From: Nemertoderma westbladi
Taxonomy: Eukaryota > Animalia > Xenacoelomorpha
Direction: 5' to 3'
Length of the DNA: 50,427 nucleotides
Assembly: GCA_032718475.1 (NCBI GenBank)
Contig: JAUCBJ010000029.1
Location: forward strand, 1 to 50,427
Below the pieces are notes generated by a model. The model was not told where the DNA came from. It searched no databases and saw nothing but the letters and a program-made list of their open reading frames with translations. Below are positions 23,101-34,126 of this stretch, piece by piece (position 1 is the stretch's first letter; every line of letters starts with the position of its first letter). The translations under genes and the position numbers were made by a program.

Positions 23101-26100
23101 TGTCAGTTCTTGAGGAGTTGCTTCTCTGGAAGCGATGTCGGCTAGATTAATCGTCTCGGGGCAATGTCTCCATTGATCTACATTGGAGTTAATATCATCA
23201 TTATCTGAGGAGTATGGTGTTCCCTCAGTTGGATCATCTACCTCACTGCTCTCCACTTCCCATTCTCTTACTTGATATACCTGTTCTTTTGGTAATCTTT
23301 CTATGAGAGTTCTACGGGAAGGGCCAGTAAAGTACCAACCCACTCTAGTTCTTCCCGCATAGGCTTGTAGTGGTTGCGGTTGAGCAGGCCGTTTCTCCAA
23401 TGTCTCGAGTGCCTCATGCGCATTTTGACCGATGAGTATTTGCACTCCAGGGTAATCTGTGTTGAATCTAGGTATATCAAGCTGCTGGGTGAAATCGTCC
23501 TCATCCCAGTTATAAGGTTCTACTTGGCTGGTAGCGAAGTTCTTTATCGCCACCATTTTTACTGACCTTATGCTGTGTTCTCCTAGTTCATCCTGGGGGG
23601 TGGACAACGCACCTACATAATAATCCGCTATTACTGTAGATTTCCAAACCTGCATAATTCCTGACATGTTTAACTTGGTTCGGAACTTGGGTTGTCCAGC
23701 AAAGATGTCTTCGGCTAGTTCTTTGTCGATGAATGTTCCCGTGCTACCGGAGTCAAGGAGGGCGTTCACTATATAACTCCTTCGTGGCCCGTGGACCCTT
23801 AACTGCACTACGGGAAATTCTCGGATTCCTACATTGGAAGTTGGTGCTTTCCAAGATGTTTGTCGGTCAGAAGTAGTTAGGGGAAGCTCGCTATCGGTGT
23901 CCTTTTCATACGTAAGTGCTCGATACACTGCGGTATTTATCAGGTAACAGGATTCGTTTTCATCGGAGAATTCGTCCGTATAGAATCCTTCCATCTCAGA
24001 ACTTTGGTCAGTGTCGTTCACATCACTGAATTGGACATGTAGTTCGGAATCACTTACCTGACTCGGGCTGTTTCGTTCGAATTCAGTGTGCAGCAAGATA
24101 TGATGTTTTGCGCCGCACTTCGCACACCTTGCATCGGAGTAACAGGTTCGCCGTTGGTGTCCTTGTCTGAGGCAATTATAACACAACCGCTTATCCCACA
24201 TGACTTCACGTCTGTCCTTTAGTGATTTCCTCAGGAATTCATCACACGCACTTAAACGGTGGGGCCCGTCACACAGCACACATTTTGGTTTGATGTTACT
24301 TACCTTACTTTGGGTAACGTTGTGCACACTCATTCTTTCCTCGGGCTTTCTTACATGAATTCTCTTAGGAGACATAGGAGGAGTTTTTCTTACCTGTTCT
24401 CTCCTGTCATTGGTTCGAGACTTGAATTTACTTACGTCCTTAGGCGCTTTGTTGTCATAGTAAGATCTTTCAGTGTCTTTCCAGCTGTCTTCTTCTTGAG
24501 AAGCCTGGCTTTCGCCGTCGTCTGTATAACACACTGGTATTACCTTTCTCCTAGAAACGGGTTTCTCACTTACCTTATTTTCCGGTGTCTTCTCTCTGGA
24601 CTGCTTTAGGAGCTGTAATTTTACTTCTCCATCTAAGAATGACATGAGATCAGCCATGGTAGGGTCTAGTCGTTGTTGTTCCATCATATATAACACTTTC
24701 TTATCCCAGCGTGTACCTACTCCACCCTTCGGTAAAGTAGAAGCCACGGCTCCAATAACCATAGAACTCTGATATTCATGAGACTTACCTAGCCAATCTA
24801 ATTGTCTACAGATCTCTTGAATCTCATCGGAAAACTCTATTATCCCGCTGCTAATGAACTTTCGGGGCGCTACTAATTTTGCATACAAATATTTAGCTAT
24901 GTTATTCCTATTACCATACCTGATGTTTAGTGTATCCCAAACTTGTCTTAATCCATCTGGATGTCCAATAAACTTTAACGCCATTAACTTGGGAGATCCT
25001 TCCAAGCACTCGATGAGGAATCTAAGTTTCTCTCCATTAGATAGCACAGAGTTCTGTATGTTATCTTTGTAATATTCATTAAAAGGTAACCATTTCATCT
25101 CATCTCCATTGAACTTGACTATCTCTCCCACCTTTACCGCTTGACGGGCTTCGGTTCTAGCCATTTGACGCGTAAAACTTTCTTGGGCCATCGTGTTATT
25201 TAATATCGAGTTATCGGTATATAAATTTCTCGGATTATGATCAGGTCTATAGGGAATATCATTGTCAACAGGTTTATAATTACCCTTAACAGGGTTCACT
25301 ATAGGAGTTTCTACTTCACTAGCAGTATAGATGCGTGTAGGCTCCACACCTTGCGCATGAGATACTTCAGACCTAACAGGTTGACACATTGTTACCGGGG
25401 GTGGTGGTATACCCTTTTGTGTATTTACTAATTTATCGCATTCTAACGCGATACTTTGCTGCACTTCTTGCAACTCTAACCTACTTTCCCTTACTGTGCC
25501 CTTGAATTGCTTAACAGTCTCCTGCATCTGCCCGAGCAGGAGATCCATCCCCCACCGTCTCTCATCCACCCACTCGACCGCCGAAGCGGGAGCCGCCAAC
25601 GTTGTAGCGGGCGGACGATGGACAACGGGCGACAAATCATTAATATTTCGCTCGGAGTCCAGGACATGAACTGTCTCATGGGCTGTTCTGCTGGGCACAG
25701 GTAGCTTAGTGCTGTGCAGAGGGAATTTAGAGATAGGTTCAGGGAGTACAGGTGTCTCTATCACCAAGGGGGTAGCTTCGAGAACAGGCCTAATTATTTC
25801 AGGCTCATCTACTATAGTAGGGAGTCTTTCTATTTTAATTATTTGGTCTGTGGGTTCTGTACTACCTAAGTCTGTGTTAGTTAGTTGCCTTCTAACAGCT
25901 GGGGGCAAATCAGGCAATTTCTGACGGTGGGATATTCTTCTACGTCTGCTTAGACGAGATCTATTTCCTCCGCCTTCAGTATCGGTTGTATCGCCTTCCT
26001 CAGATGATGTATATCCCTGTCTTTTGGGAGTAGATCGACTCATCATCTGCATTTGACTAGCTGTTAACTGTTTATTTATGCAGTCTTGATTCTCTTGAAT

Positions 26101-27501
26101 ATTTTCCAAATCTAGTTGGGCGATCTCTTCAGACGCTCTCCGTTCTGCTTCTGCCGCTGCCACTGCCACTTTTCTTTCCGCTTCTATCTCTGCCGCCTTT
26201 CTTTCGGCTTCTACCTCTGCCGCCTTTCTTTCTGTTTCTATCTCTGCCGCCTTTCTTTCGGCTTCTACCTCTGCCGCCTTTCTTTCTGCTTCTGCCGCTG
26301 CCACTGCTGCTGCCACTGCCGCTGTCTTTCTGTCTTCTATACGTTTTTTCTTTACTTGTTCTTCTTGGACTCTAGCGATACGGAGGAGTTCATCAAATTT
26401 AGCTTGGTTCGCAGCTCTCATATCCGCATCGATTGCGTCCAACACAAGCTTGGCTCCTTCACTATTAGGGCTAAGTCCATCTAGCCTTCTCCTCAACTCT
26501 TCATCACCTACAAAGCATTGATAGTCTGACAGATAGATGTCAATAGCATCCCTCTTATGCGTTTTCTCTGCTGTCGCTTCGCTTTCCACTTGGGAAAAGG
26601 TAGCGTCTGTTGATTCTCCATGAGTTGAGCGCTCAGCCAGCTGAGATTTCCACTGGGCAGTTCCTTGAACTTTGAGACTCACTCGCTGAAACCAAGTCTT
26701 TACGGCAACTTGCAACGACGTGTCTTGTCTTCTTTTCGAAGCCTCCTCAAAGGCCGATAAGATTAGTCTGATTCTTAGAATTCTTTCTCGAACTTGATAA
26801 AGCAGCTCTCCCTGCTCTTGAGGTCCTTGGGGTTGTCGAAACAGTTGTTCCTCTAATCTCTCCAAAGAGCTGAAGAATCCCTGTACGTATCCTGCTGCGG
26901 ACCTCTTCCACACAGCTGGATCGATGGTTTCCTTTGTTACTCCCATCCTGTTTATGTCTTCCCAGGCAGCTTCCGATAAGTCAAACGGGAGTCCGGGTCC
27001 GGGGAAGTTCCATTGCGACTCGACAATAGACTTCAGTTCTTCCCTTGTGTATCCCGCATAACTATCCTTAGTCGATCGCTTACTTCTCGCCCAATCAATC
27101 TGGTGTTCCTCCACCGCAATCAATACCCTTGTGAGTACGGCTGCAGGAAGGATGAGAAGGGGATCCGAATAAACTGTAGCTGTCATCTTTGCTCCGTGCT
27201 CGGGTGTCAGCTCTACAGTATCCTCACTACTGGAGCTGTCGGGCCGCTGAGAAATAAGTTCTCGGCTCGAATGTTGCTGCTGTTCCGCTGCTTCTTGGTC
27301 CCGCTTGACCTGAGCTCGAGTGCCTATGATAGACCTACGGTGTTGGTCTAGCCTAGGGTCTGATATTACTACTGGAGGGATGATCTTTCTTACAGTAGGA
27401 GGTGAGTTGAACTTCGGTCTCACACGTTCCACGCTCCTGTCTGGGTCACAGATGGTTGTATCTAGAAGACTGTCTGACAGGTTTTGCTTTGTGTCAGACA
27501 T
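23086..27501 (-). CDS. BEL/Pao Gag-aspartic protease polyprotein with a long N-terminal extension (1471 aa)
   Basis: DUF1759-like Gag core FNGDEMKWLPF, triple zinc knuckle (CVLCDGPHRLSAC, CYNCLRQGHQRRTC, CAKCGAKHHILLH) and protease ALLDSGSTGTFI...ILIGQN. It ends in the RNase H remnant QWRHCPETINLADIASR, with no RT motifs. Confidence 0.9.
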   Translation of the reverse strand: MSDTKQNLSDSLLDTTICDPDRSVERVRPKFNSPPTVRKIIPPVVISDPRLDQHRRSIIGTRAQVKRDQEAAEQQQHSSRELISQRPDSSSSEDTVELTPEHGAKMTATVYSDPLLILPAAVLTRVLIAVEEHQIDWARSKRSTKDSYAGYTREELKSIVESQWNFPGPGLPFDLSEAAWEDINRMGVTKETIDPAVWKRSAAGYVQGFFSSLERLEEQLFRQPQGPQEQGELLYQVRERILRIRLILSAFEEASKRRQDTSLQVAVKTWFQRVSLKVQGTAQWKSQLAERSTHGESTDATFSQVESEATAEKTHKRDAIDIYLSDYQCFVGDEELRRRLDGLSPNSEGAKLVLDAIDADMRAANQAKFDELLRIARVQEEQVKKKRIEDRKTAAVAAAVAAAEAERKAAEVEAERKAAEIETERKAAEVEAERKAAEIEAERKVAVAAAEAERRASEEIAQLDLENIQENQDCINKQLTASQMQMMSRSTPKRQGYTSSEEGDTTDTEGGGNRSRLSRRRRISHRQKLPDLPPAVRRQLTNTDLGSTEPTDQIIKIERLPTIVDEPEIIRPVLEATPLVIETPVLPEPISKFPLHSTKLPVPSRTAHETVHVLDSERNINDLSPVVHRPPATTLAAPASAVEWVDERRWGMDLLLGQMQETVKQFKGTVRESRLELQEVQQSIALECDKLVNTQKGIPPPPVTMCQPVRSEVSHAQGVEPTRIYTASEVETPIVNPVKGNYKPVDNDIPYRPDHNPRNLYTDNSILNNTMAQESFTRQMARTEARQAVKVGEIVKFNGDEMKWLPFNEYYKDNIQNSVLSNGEKLRFLIECLEGSPKLMALKFIGHPDGLRQVWDTLNIRYGNRNNIAKYLYAKLVAPRKFISSGIIEFSDEIQEICRQLDWLGKSHEYQSSMVIGAVASTLPKGGVGTRWDKKVLYMMEQQRLDPTMADLMSFLDGEVKLQLLKQSREKTPENKVSEKPVSRRKVIPVCYTDDGESQASQEEDSWKDTERSYYDNKAPKDVSKFKSRTNDRREQVRKTPPMSPKRIHVRKPEERMSVHNVTQSKVSNIKPKCVLCDGPHRLSACDEFLRKSLKDRREVMWDKRLCYNCLRQGHQRRTCYSDARCAKCGAKHHILLHTEFERNSPSQVSDSELHVQFSDVNDTDQSSEMEGFYTDEFSDENESCYLINTAVYRALTYEKDTDSELPLTTSDRQTSWKAPTSNVGIREFPVVQLRVHGPRRSYIVNALLDSGSTGTFIDKELAEDIFAGQPKFRTKLNMSGIMQVWKSTVIADYYVGALSTPQDELGEHSIRSVKMVAIKNFATSQVEPYNWDEDDFTQQLDIPRFNTDYPGVQILIGQNAHEALETLEKRPAQPQPLQAYAGRTRVGWYFTGPSRRTLIERLPKEQVYQVREWEVESSEVDDPTEGTPYSSDNDDINSNVDQWRHCPETINLADIASREATPQELTDTPD

Positions 27502-27778
27502 GTTTGTTTGTACAGTTGAATGCCTACTGCTATATTACAGTTAAAGCAAGTCTAGTAATTCAGTATCAACTGTTAGCCTAGTAATTAATTACCGATACTG
27601 CTACTCAGTATAGCGTGATAATATATTAGAATACCGGTATGCTTATAGTATATATATAAGTATTATTACAGACTAGGTTTGTCACAGAATACCGGTATAT
27701 AATTTCAGCACAAATATATATAAATATATAATAAGCCTATCGTGAATACCGGTATACAGCTTACACTTATAGTATATA

Positions 27779-28049
27779 TGTAAGGGAAATACCCAAACAT
27801 GAAACAGTACGACACTGTCAAGTATAATAAAACGTAAAAGGTCTCATAAACTAATAACTGTATAATATAATAAGATAGAACTGCAGGAATATAATATAAC
27901 AGTATAGAACCACACAGTAAGGGAAGCATCAGCTGGATAGCCCAATCACCATGATAGTCACTATGAATATAATCAACTTACAATGAGTAAACTAATAACA
28001 ACTATATGGATAATATATGACCTATCTATACACGAATATATTTCGTACA
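27779..28049 (-). repeat. 3' LTR of the inner BEL element
   Basis: Direct repeat of 34143-34413, preceded on the minus strand by GGCGCGCGGGAG. Confidence 0.95.
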
Positions 28050-28402
28050 CTCCCGCGCGCCAAAAAATTTTTTTTACACAATTAAAAATATTACAGAATT
28101 AACTATTAACCTTCATACGTACCTGATATATATTATACATACCATAAATTAAAGGGGGTAAAGTAAAATATTTCAATTATAACAATAACGAGGTCAAAAA
28201 TAACAAATATACATATAGTTATTAACAGGTACTGTTTGATCAAAAAAAAATTCACTATAAATATTTCATATAGGTTTTTACAAAATTTTGCACATAAATT
28301 GGTCATACGTAAATAGGGGCTTACTTAATAAAAACTTCCAGTGCGACTATTATTTTATTTTATATTTAATTTTATTACATACGTTATGGTTTGATATACT
28401 AC

Positions 28403-29281
28403 TTATTCTGATTCGTAGTCTGAACTTGAATCATTTGTGGACATTATTTTGATTTTTTGTTTAGCCTCTTTAGCTGCTAAACGCTGAGGTCGTTCCATTG
28501 TTTTGATATCAGTCGGGGAAGCAGCTGGTTTAGGTGTAACATTCGCCGCTGTTATTTCACTCTCTTTAGCCGTAATTTCTAAAGGGTATAATCGTTTAAC
28601 TGGTCTGGTTGTCCGCCCTTTATTGGTTCTAATGGTAACGTAACGAGTCTGGCCGTCGTTTCCAGGATGAAGTTCTAGAACCTTGGCTAATCTCCACTGT
28701 AGTCGAGGGGTGTGTTTGCTTCCTTCCACAAGAACAATGTCACCCTCTTTTACTTGGGGTCCCTTTTTCTCGTTCCATCTATGCTGTTCACGTAATGCCA
28801 ATAAATACTCAGCAGACCAACGATTTCTGAAATCCCGCAATATCTTCTGTAAACGGTTTAGACGATCGTTTATATTGGAGGTATTAATATAATCAGGATC
28901 CAAAAGATCGCCAATATCTGGATTACTGTCCGGAATATCAGTTAACCTATAACCACATAGTAATTGAGATGGTGTAATTGGTAGTAGGTCTTTGATATCG
29001 GAAGATACATAGGTTAGAGGTCTGTCATTGAGTATCGCCTCAACCCCTATAAGAAACGTTCTGAGTTCGCTAATAGTAAGTAACGCCTTTCCAATTACGC
29101 GTTTTATTGTAAGTTTTGTACAACGAATCATCCTTTCCCACATACCGCCCATCCAAGGGCTGGCCTTAGGAATAAGATCCCATTTTAACCGCTTTTCCAG
29201 CAGGTAGTCGCGAACCATAGGATCTTGTTGAATATTTAGTAGAATTTGTCTGGAAGAAGTGAAGGTGGTTGAATTATCACT
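28403..29281 (-). CDS. BEL integrase C-terminal part (frameshifted continuation of gag-pol)
   Basis: This frame reads SDNSTTF...ASPWMGGMWERMIR...EAILNDRPLTY...ITPSQLL...RWSAEYLLALRE...GDIVLV...WRLAKV...RPVKRLYPLE. Confidence 0.9.
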   Translation of the reverse strand, partial: SDNSTTFTSSRQILLNIQQDPMVRDYLLEKRLKWDLIPKASPWMGGMWERMIRCTKLTIKRVIGKALLTISELRTFLIGVEAILNDRPLTYVSSDIKDLLPITPSQLLCGYRLTDIPDSNPDIGDLLDPDYINTSNINDRLNRLQKILRDFRNRWSAEYLLALREQHRWNEKKGPQVKEGDIVLVEGSKHTPRLQWRLAKVLELHPGNDGQTRYVTIRTNKGRTTRPVKRLYPLEITAKESEITAANVTPKPAASPTDIKTMERPQRLAAKEAKQKIKIMSTNDSSSDYESE

Positions 29282-32200
29282 ATTAGAATGGATGGGTAAC
29301 CTCTTCTTCCAACAAAGGAACGGAAGGCTAAAAGAAATTCCAATGTTGAATTATCGAGAACCAATTCAAGATGAATAGCTCTGGAAACAGTGCATGTAAA
29401 TAGGGCAATATAAACCTTGAATACTTCTCCATTTTGTTTTGCTGCTAAACTTCCTGTATAATCAACACCTACAGCTGAGAAAGGACGTTGAAATTGGACT
29501 CTGTAGTTAGGAAGTGGAGGAGGTAATGGAGACACGTAAGGTTTACCTTGAATCCTAAGGCATTGTTCACATTTGCAAATCATAATTTTCACGCGTTGTC
29601 TACTAGATGGTATCCACCATCTTTGTCGAAGATATGCAACAGTACTAGACGTACCCTCATGACCATTCCTACTGTGAGCATCTCGGATAATAAGATCTGT
29701 AAGATAGTGTTTCTTCGGTAATAATATGGGCTGCTTGGAATTCCAATCCAAATCAGCATTGGATAATCTCCCATTGCTCTTTATAATATCGTCACTTAGA
29801 AATAATTGTAACTGTCTTACAAGAGTTGGAGTGTTAAATTTATTTTTGCTCAACAAAAATTCGATTTCCTCCCCAAAACTTTCCCGCTGAACTTTTCGAA
29901 TCCACCAATGCTCAGCTGTTTTGATGTCTTTCAGTAACAAATATGGCTTCTGTTTGGTAATTCTCGTATCAGAATTACTATGCATAAGAATGCTGCCAAC
30001 TTGTTGATGTTTTAATAAAACACTTTTTCGAATGTTGTCGATGTATTTCAAAATCCATGCAGTTACCTTCAACAGACGACTGTAACTGCTAAATAATTCC
30101 AAATTTATTGCTACTGGTTCAACTTCCGGAGGGTTAGAAGATTCTCCAACTCCGCATACTACATCAACATCATTGTCCATACTCTTGCATTGGAGAGATA
30201 ACACCTTCTGTTGTGGCCAACTGGAATGATTTATTAACCATGGCGGACCGTGCCACCACTGGTCAGAAGATAACAAAGTGTTAGCTGTTGTCCCCCTTGA
30301 AATAAGATCAGCTGGATTTTCAATCCCTTTAACATGAAATACCTTTGCCTCAAGCTCAGAGATAATATGATTACATTCTGTTACCCTCGCCTGTACAAAT
30401 GAATTCAAGGGTTTTAAAGATAGAAGCCAGCGTTGAGATATCTCGCTATCAGTCCAAAGATAAAACTTTGGTAATAATCGCATGTGTCCATACACATTGG
30501 ATACATATGATAATAACCGCAATCCTAAGTTAAGTGCAGTTAGTTCCATTTGCGGCAAAGTTAATGACTCCATAGATGATTTTATCGACTTTTCAATTAA
30601 AGCTTGTTTCTTTATAGGAACCACTTTCGATTTCGATATGACTAATTCCGGTTTATGAATATCATCGACAATATAAATAACGGAACCATAGGCTTTACCT
30701 GAAGCATCTGTAAAAGCATGAAATGAAGACTTAGGCGAAACCGAAAGCAATTGGCGTTTAATATTGCAATTAAAAATTGCGTGAAGATCGTTGGAAATTA
30801 TTTCCCATTCATCCCTGAAACTGCCGTGTAGATTTTCGTCCCACATAACCTTTGCTTTCCATAGCCCTTGAATAAAAATTCTCGATTTTATTCCAATAGG
30901 ACCAAAAATTCCGAGAGGATCGAAATACTGTGCAACATGGCTAACTATGATACGTTTTGTTAATACATCCGATTTCATAAATGGATGAGATTTGAATTCT
31001 AGAATGTCTTGCGAAAAATTCCATTTCAATCCAAGGAACTTTATGACTGGTTTAGAATGTTTCGGAGTATCACCATTGTCTATTATGACCTTTGATAATT
31101 TGGGACTGTTAGTGACCCATTCTCTTAGAGGTAGATTAGCATCGGTAAATATTCTCTTACAGTCATAATAGTATTGAATTAGATTGGTTTCAGAGTCAAA
31201 TGTTCCCTGTAAGTTATCAATATATAAATTTCTCAAAATCTCATCTATTATGGGATGTGAATAATTGTTTAAATGTTCACGAATTGTTGCACCCAAAAGG
31301 TAAGAACTGCAAGTCGCACCAAAAAGGACAACCATGAAACGATAAGTGTTGAATTTACTTTTTGGATCGATAGGATTTGCAGGCCACAAAAACCGGGTAA
31401 CATCTCTATCAGTTTCATTTAGGCGAATCTGTAAAAATGCCTTTTCAATGTCTGCAACAACTGCAAATGAACCAGTACGAAATTGCAAAATGCACGAAAT
31501 AATGTTCGGTGTAAAACAGGGACCACTGTATAAACAATCATTCAAACTAGCACATTTTGGACCAGCTTTTGCAGAACAGTCATAAACTATACGCAATGGA
31601 GTTGTAGTTGATTCTGGTTTAGCTACACCATGGTGTGCTAAATAATGTACTTTATCAGGTAAAATATTATTATCACACGGAACCAGTTCAATAAATTTAC
31701 GTTGTAATTGGTCTGTAATAATATTATTGTAAACTGAAAGTAGTTTCGGCGTCTTACGTAATTTAGCCAAGGTACTTGCTAATCTACGTAATGCTAAATT
31801 ATAGTTTGATGGTAATTTCGGATGATTTGGACGCCATGGAAGTCCTACACAATATCTACCATCAACGAATTGTAAAGATTTAATAAAGTTTGTATGCACA
31901 TACTCATCTATAGGACGATTGATATTTTCTGTACTTATACCGATACTGTCTAAATCCCACAATCTACTTAACATGTTATCTAGTTTGGTTTCACTATCAT
32001 TATCTACATTATAATTTGCACCAATGGAAATTAAACATATAGTGGTTGTGTTTACTGTAGTGCTAGTATTCACACTAGAATATGGAATTCTACCTGCGAT
32101 GACGTCACCTAGCACAGATGGTACGCAATATAAACCACTAGATAATTGCTGTGCGGGTACAAATTCAAAATAATAATCAATGCCAATAATAATCCCGATA

Positions 32201-34074
32201 TCTCTTAAATCATCACCAATAATTGGATCGGCCAATAGTAATCCTTTAATATCTGCCCCTTTCAAACTACGTGTGCGACCAGGTATAAAAAAGCGCGGAG
32301 GTAATCTATCTACTATAAGCGCACGGACTTCTATATCTCCTACCTTTGTGGATACTACAAATTGCACAATATCATACCATTCTAATTTACCGTCAGTATT
32401 AATGCCATCAATACCAGTACATTTTTTACCCACTATAGGTAGTTTGAGCAACGCAGCTAAATCTCTTTTAATTAGACTACGTTGGGAGCCTGTATCTAAT
32501 AAACTTCTATGTTTACTAGTAGTTTTATTTTCACATATTATAGGCATATATGCTGTTGGTATAAGAGAAGCATATTTATCGTCATTAGTTATTACACTTG
32601 TCTTATTAGTAGCTACAGTAGAAGATACAACTTGTGGATCAGAATCTGAATTAACAGTTTCGTTTGATGTCGCAACATTACACGTAGAATTTTGTTTGTC
32701 ACTAGAATGATTTGAGATACTTTTACCTCGGTTGTAATTGCTGGAAGTATTACCTTTAGAATGGTGATCAAAGTTACTACTTTTAGTACTTTGATCTAAA
32801 TGTAATAACGTGTGATGTTTTTTGCGACATACACCACATACACCAGAACTAGGACAAATCTCACCATGTGCATGTTTACGAAAACAATTTCTGCACAAAT
32901 GTAATTGTTTAGTACGCATAAACTTATCATAGGGCAAAATGTATTTATCACAATTACGCACTACATGATTACCTTGACATAAGTAACATTTAAAGGCCGG
33001 GTTTCTGTTGCTCACACTTTGAGCTACGGGTAGTGATGTTGCAGTGCCACCGTGACGCAGCAACACTTTACTATTAGAGCAGATTATCTCGTCATCAGAA
33101 TCTGCGTTGGCGCGTAACTGTTCAATTTCTTTCTGCAAGGCAGCGCGCAATGAATCCAGCTGCCAATATGTGCAATTGGCAGCTCTGTTAATGTTGTTCC
33201 GCACATCAGCAGGCAGCTTACGCATTAACAATGCAGCGTAAACGTAGCCGGCCGCGTCGACGTCAGCGCCCAAATTCTTTAGAGCCCGTAAATGCGACTC
33301 GTACGAAGCCCGAAAGGTTGATAAACCTTGAACAGTTCCTGCAGGTTCATCCATGTCGAAAAACGCATGTAACCGAGCCTGTACCAGTAACTCAGTATTC
33401 CCGTAAGTTTCAATTAATAGTTTGACAGCATCTGCATAATCAGAGTCTGTTCGATGAAAACCGCCTAATAATTCGGACGCTTGGTCACTAAGACAACCGG
33501 TTAGGTAATTAAATTTCGTGGCATTACCAAGATCAGTTCGATCGTGAACAGCGTCACGAAAACGATCCCAGAATTCGGACCACTCTAACACCTTACCTGA
33601 AAAATGTGGCAAGTTGAGGTTGGGTAGTTTATACTGTTTCGTTGGAGTTGGATGATACCCGCCATGGCTGTTGTTTGGGTTTGTAAACATGGCACCATGC
33701 TGGCCATAACCACCAACGTCATCAATAACGGAAGATGTATTCGTAGCCCCTCCAGCAACCAGTTGTGCTGTTCGGAGCAGTTTTGCGATGTTTTCGTCAT
33801 AGCGACTGACTTCATCCAGCTCGTTAAATAAGTCATCATCGTCCCCGGTTTCTGTCACGAGGAGCTCGATTTTTTCACTGAATTCTCGAATGTTCTTCAT
33901 TTGAACCTCCACGGAATTGATCTTAGCAAGAATCTCCTCCGTATTTGGATTCTTTGTGAACACCATCTGTCTAGTATCCATGTACAGAAGAACGTTTAAT
34001 TCACCAGCAATGCGAGTCACAATAGACCTGTGCCCCCCACGCCGCCGCTTTAATTGCGTTAATGAATCTGACAT
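29236..34074 (-). CDS. BEL/Pao Gag-Pol polyprotein (Gag, PR, RT, RNase H, integrase N-terminal part)
   Basis: Gag FSGKVLEWSEFW, three zinc knuckles, protease LLDTGS, RT ADIEKAFLQI/FGATCSS/YIDN, RNase H FTDAS/ELTA/WTDS/NPAD, and integrase HHCC plus GVDYTG. Confidence 0.95.
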   Translation of the reverse strand: MSDSLTQLKRRRGGHRSIVTRIAGELNVLLYMDTRQMVFTKNPNTEEILAKINSVEVQMKNIREFSEKIELLVTETGDDDDLFNELDEVSRYDENIAKLLRTAQLVAGGATNTSSVIDDVGGYGQHGAMFTNPNNSHGGYHPTPTKQYKLPNLNLPHFSGKVLEWSEFWDRFRDAVHDRTDLGNATKFNYLTGCLSDQASELLGGFHRTDSDYADAVKLLIETYGNTELLVQARLHAFFDMDEPAGTVQGLSTFRASYESHLRALKNLGADVDAAGYVYAALLMRKLPADVRNNINRAANCTYWQLDSLRAALQKEIEQLRANADSDDEIICSNSKVLLRHGGTATSLPVAQSVSNRNPAFKCYLCQGNHVVRNCDKYILPYDKFMRTKQLHLCRNCFRKHAHGEICPSSGVCGVCRKKHHTLLHLDQSTKSSNFDHHSKGNTSSNYNRGKSISNHSSDKQNSTCNVATSNETVNSDSDPQVVSSTVATNKTSVITNDDKYASLIPTAYMPIICENKTTSKHRSLLDTGSQRSLIKRDLAALLKLPIVGKKCTGIDGINTDGKLEWYDIVQFVVSTKVGDIEVRALIVDRLPPRFFIPGRTRSLKGADIKGLLLADPIIGDDLRDIGIIIGIDYYFEFVPAQQLSSGLYCVPSVLGDVIAGRIPYSSVNTSTTVNTTTICLISIGANYNVDNDSETKLDNMLSRLWDLDSIGISTENINRPIDEYVHTNFIKSLQFVDGRYCVGLPWRPNHPKLPSNYNLALRRLASTLAKLRKTPKLLSVYNNIITDQLQRKFIELVPCDNNILPDKVHYLAHHGVAKPESTTTPLRIVYDCSAKAGPKCASLNDCLYSGPCFTPNIISCILQFRTGSFAVVADIEKAFLQIRLNETDRDVTRFLWPANPIDPKSKFNTYRFMVVLFGATCSSYLLGATIREHLNNYSHPIIDEILRNLYIDNLQGTFDSETNLIQYYYDCKRIFTDANLPLREWVTNSPKLSKVIIDNGDTPKHSKPVIKFLGLKWNFSQDILEFKSHPFMKSDVLTKRIIVSHVAQYFDPLGIFGPIGIKSRIFIQGLWKAKVMWDENLHGSFRDEWEIISNDLHAIFNCNIKRQLLSVSPKSSFHAFTDASGKAYGSVIYIVDDIHKPELVISKSKVVPIKKQALIEKSIKSSMESLTLPQMELTALNLGLRLLSYVSNVYGHMRLLPKFYLWTDSEISQRWLLSLKPLNSFVQARVTECNHIISELEAKVFHVKGIENPADLISRGTTANTLLSSDQWWHGPPWLINHSSWPQQKVLSLQCKSMDNDVDVVCGVGESSNPPEVEPVAINLELFSSYSRLLKVTAWILKYIDNIRKSVLLKHQQVGSILMHSNSDTRITKQKPYLLLKDIKTAEHWWIRKVQRESFGEEIEFLLSKNKFNTPTLVRQLQLFLSDDIIKSNGRLSNADLDWNSKQPILLPKKHYLTDLIIRDAHSRNGHEGTSSTVAYLRQRWWIPSSRQRVKIMICKCEQCLRIQGKPYVSPLPPPLPNYRVQFQRPFSAVGVDYTGSLAAKQNGEVFKVYIALFTCTVSRAIHLELVLDNSTLEFLLAFRSFVGRRGYPSILIVIIQPPSLLPDKFY

Positions 34075-34126
34075 AATAATTATTATACAGTACAGTTTAT
34101 TTTAAGTTAAATTGGCCATTTAATTA

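Noticed and set aside
29270-29290. Programmed ribosomal frameshift in BEL pol
   Set aside because: No slippery heptamer, a position inside the integrase catalytic core, and BEL gag-pol is normally one ORF.
23374-34105. Many plus-strand ORFs of 60-176 aa inside the retrotransposon genes
   Set aside because: They are antisense shadows of long minus-strand ORFs with no recognisable motifs.
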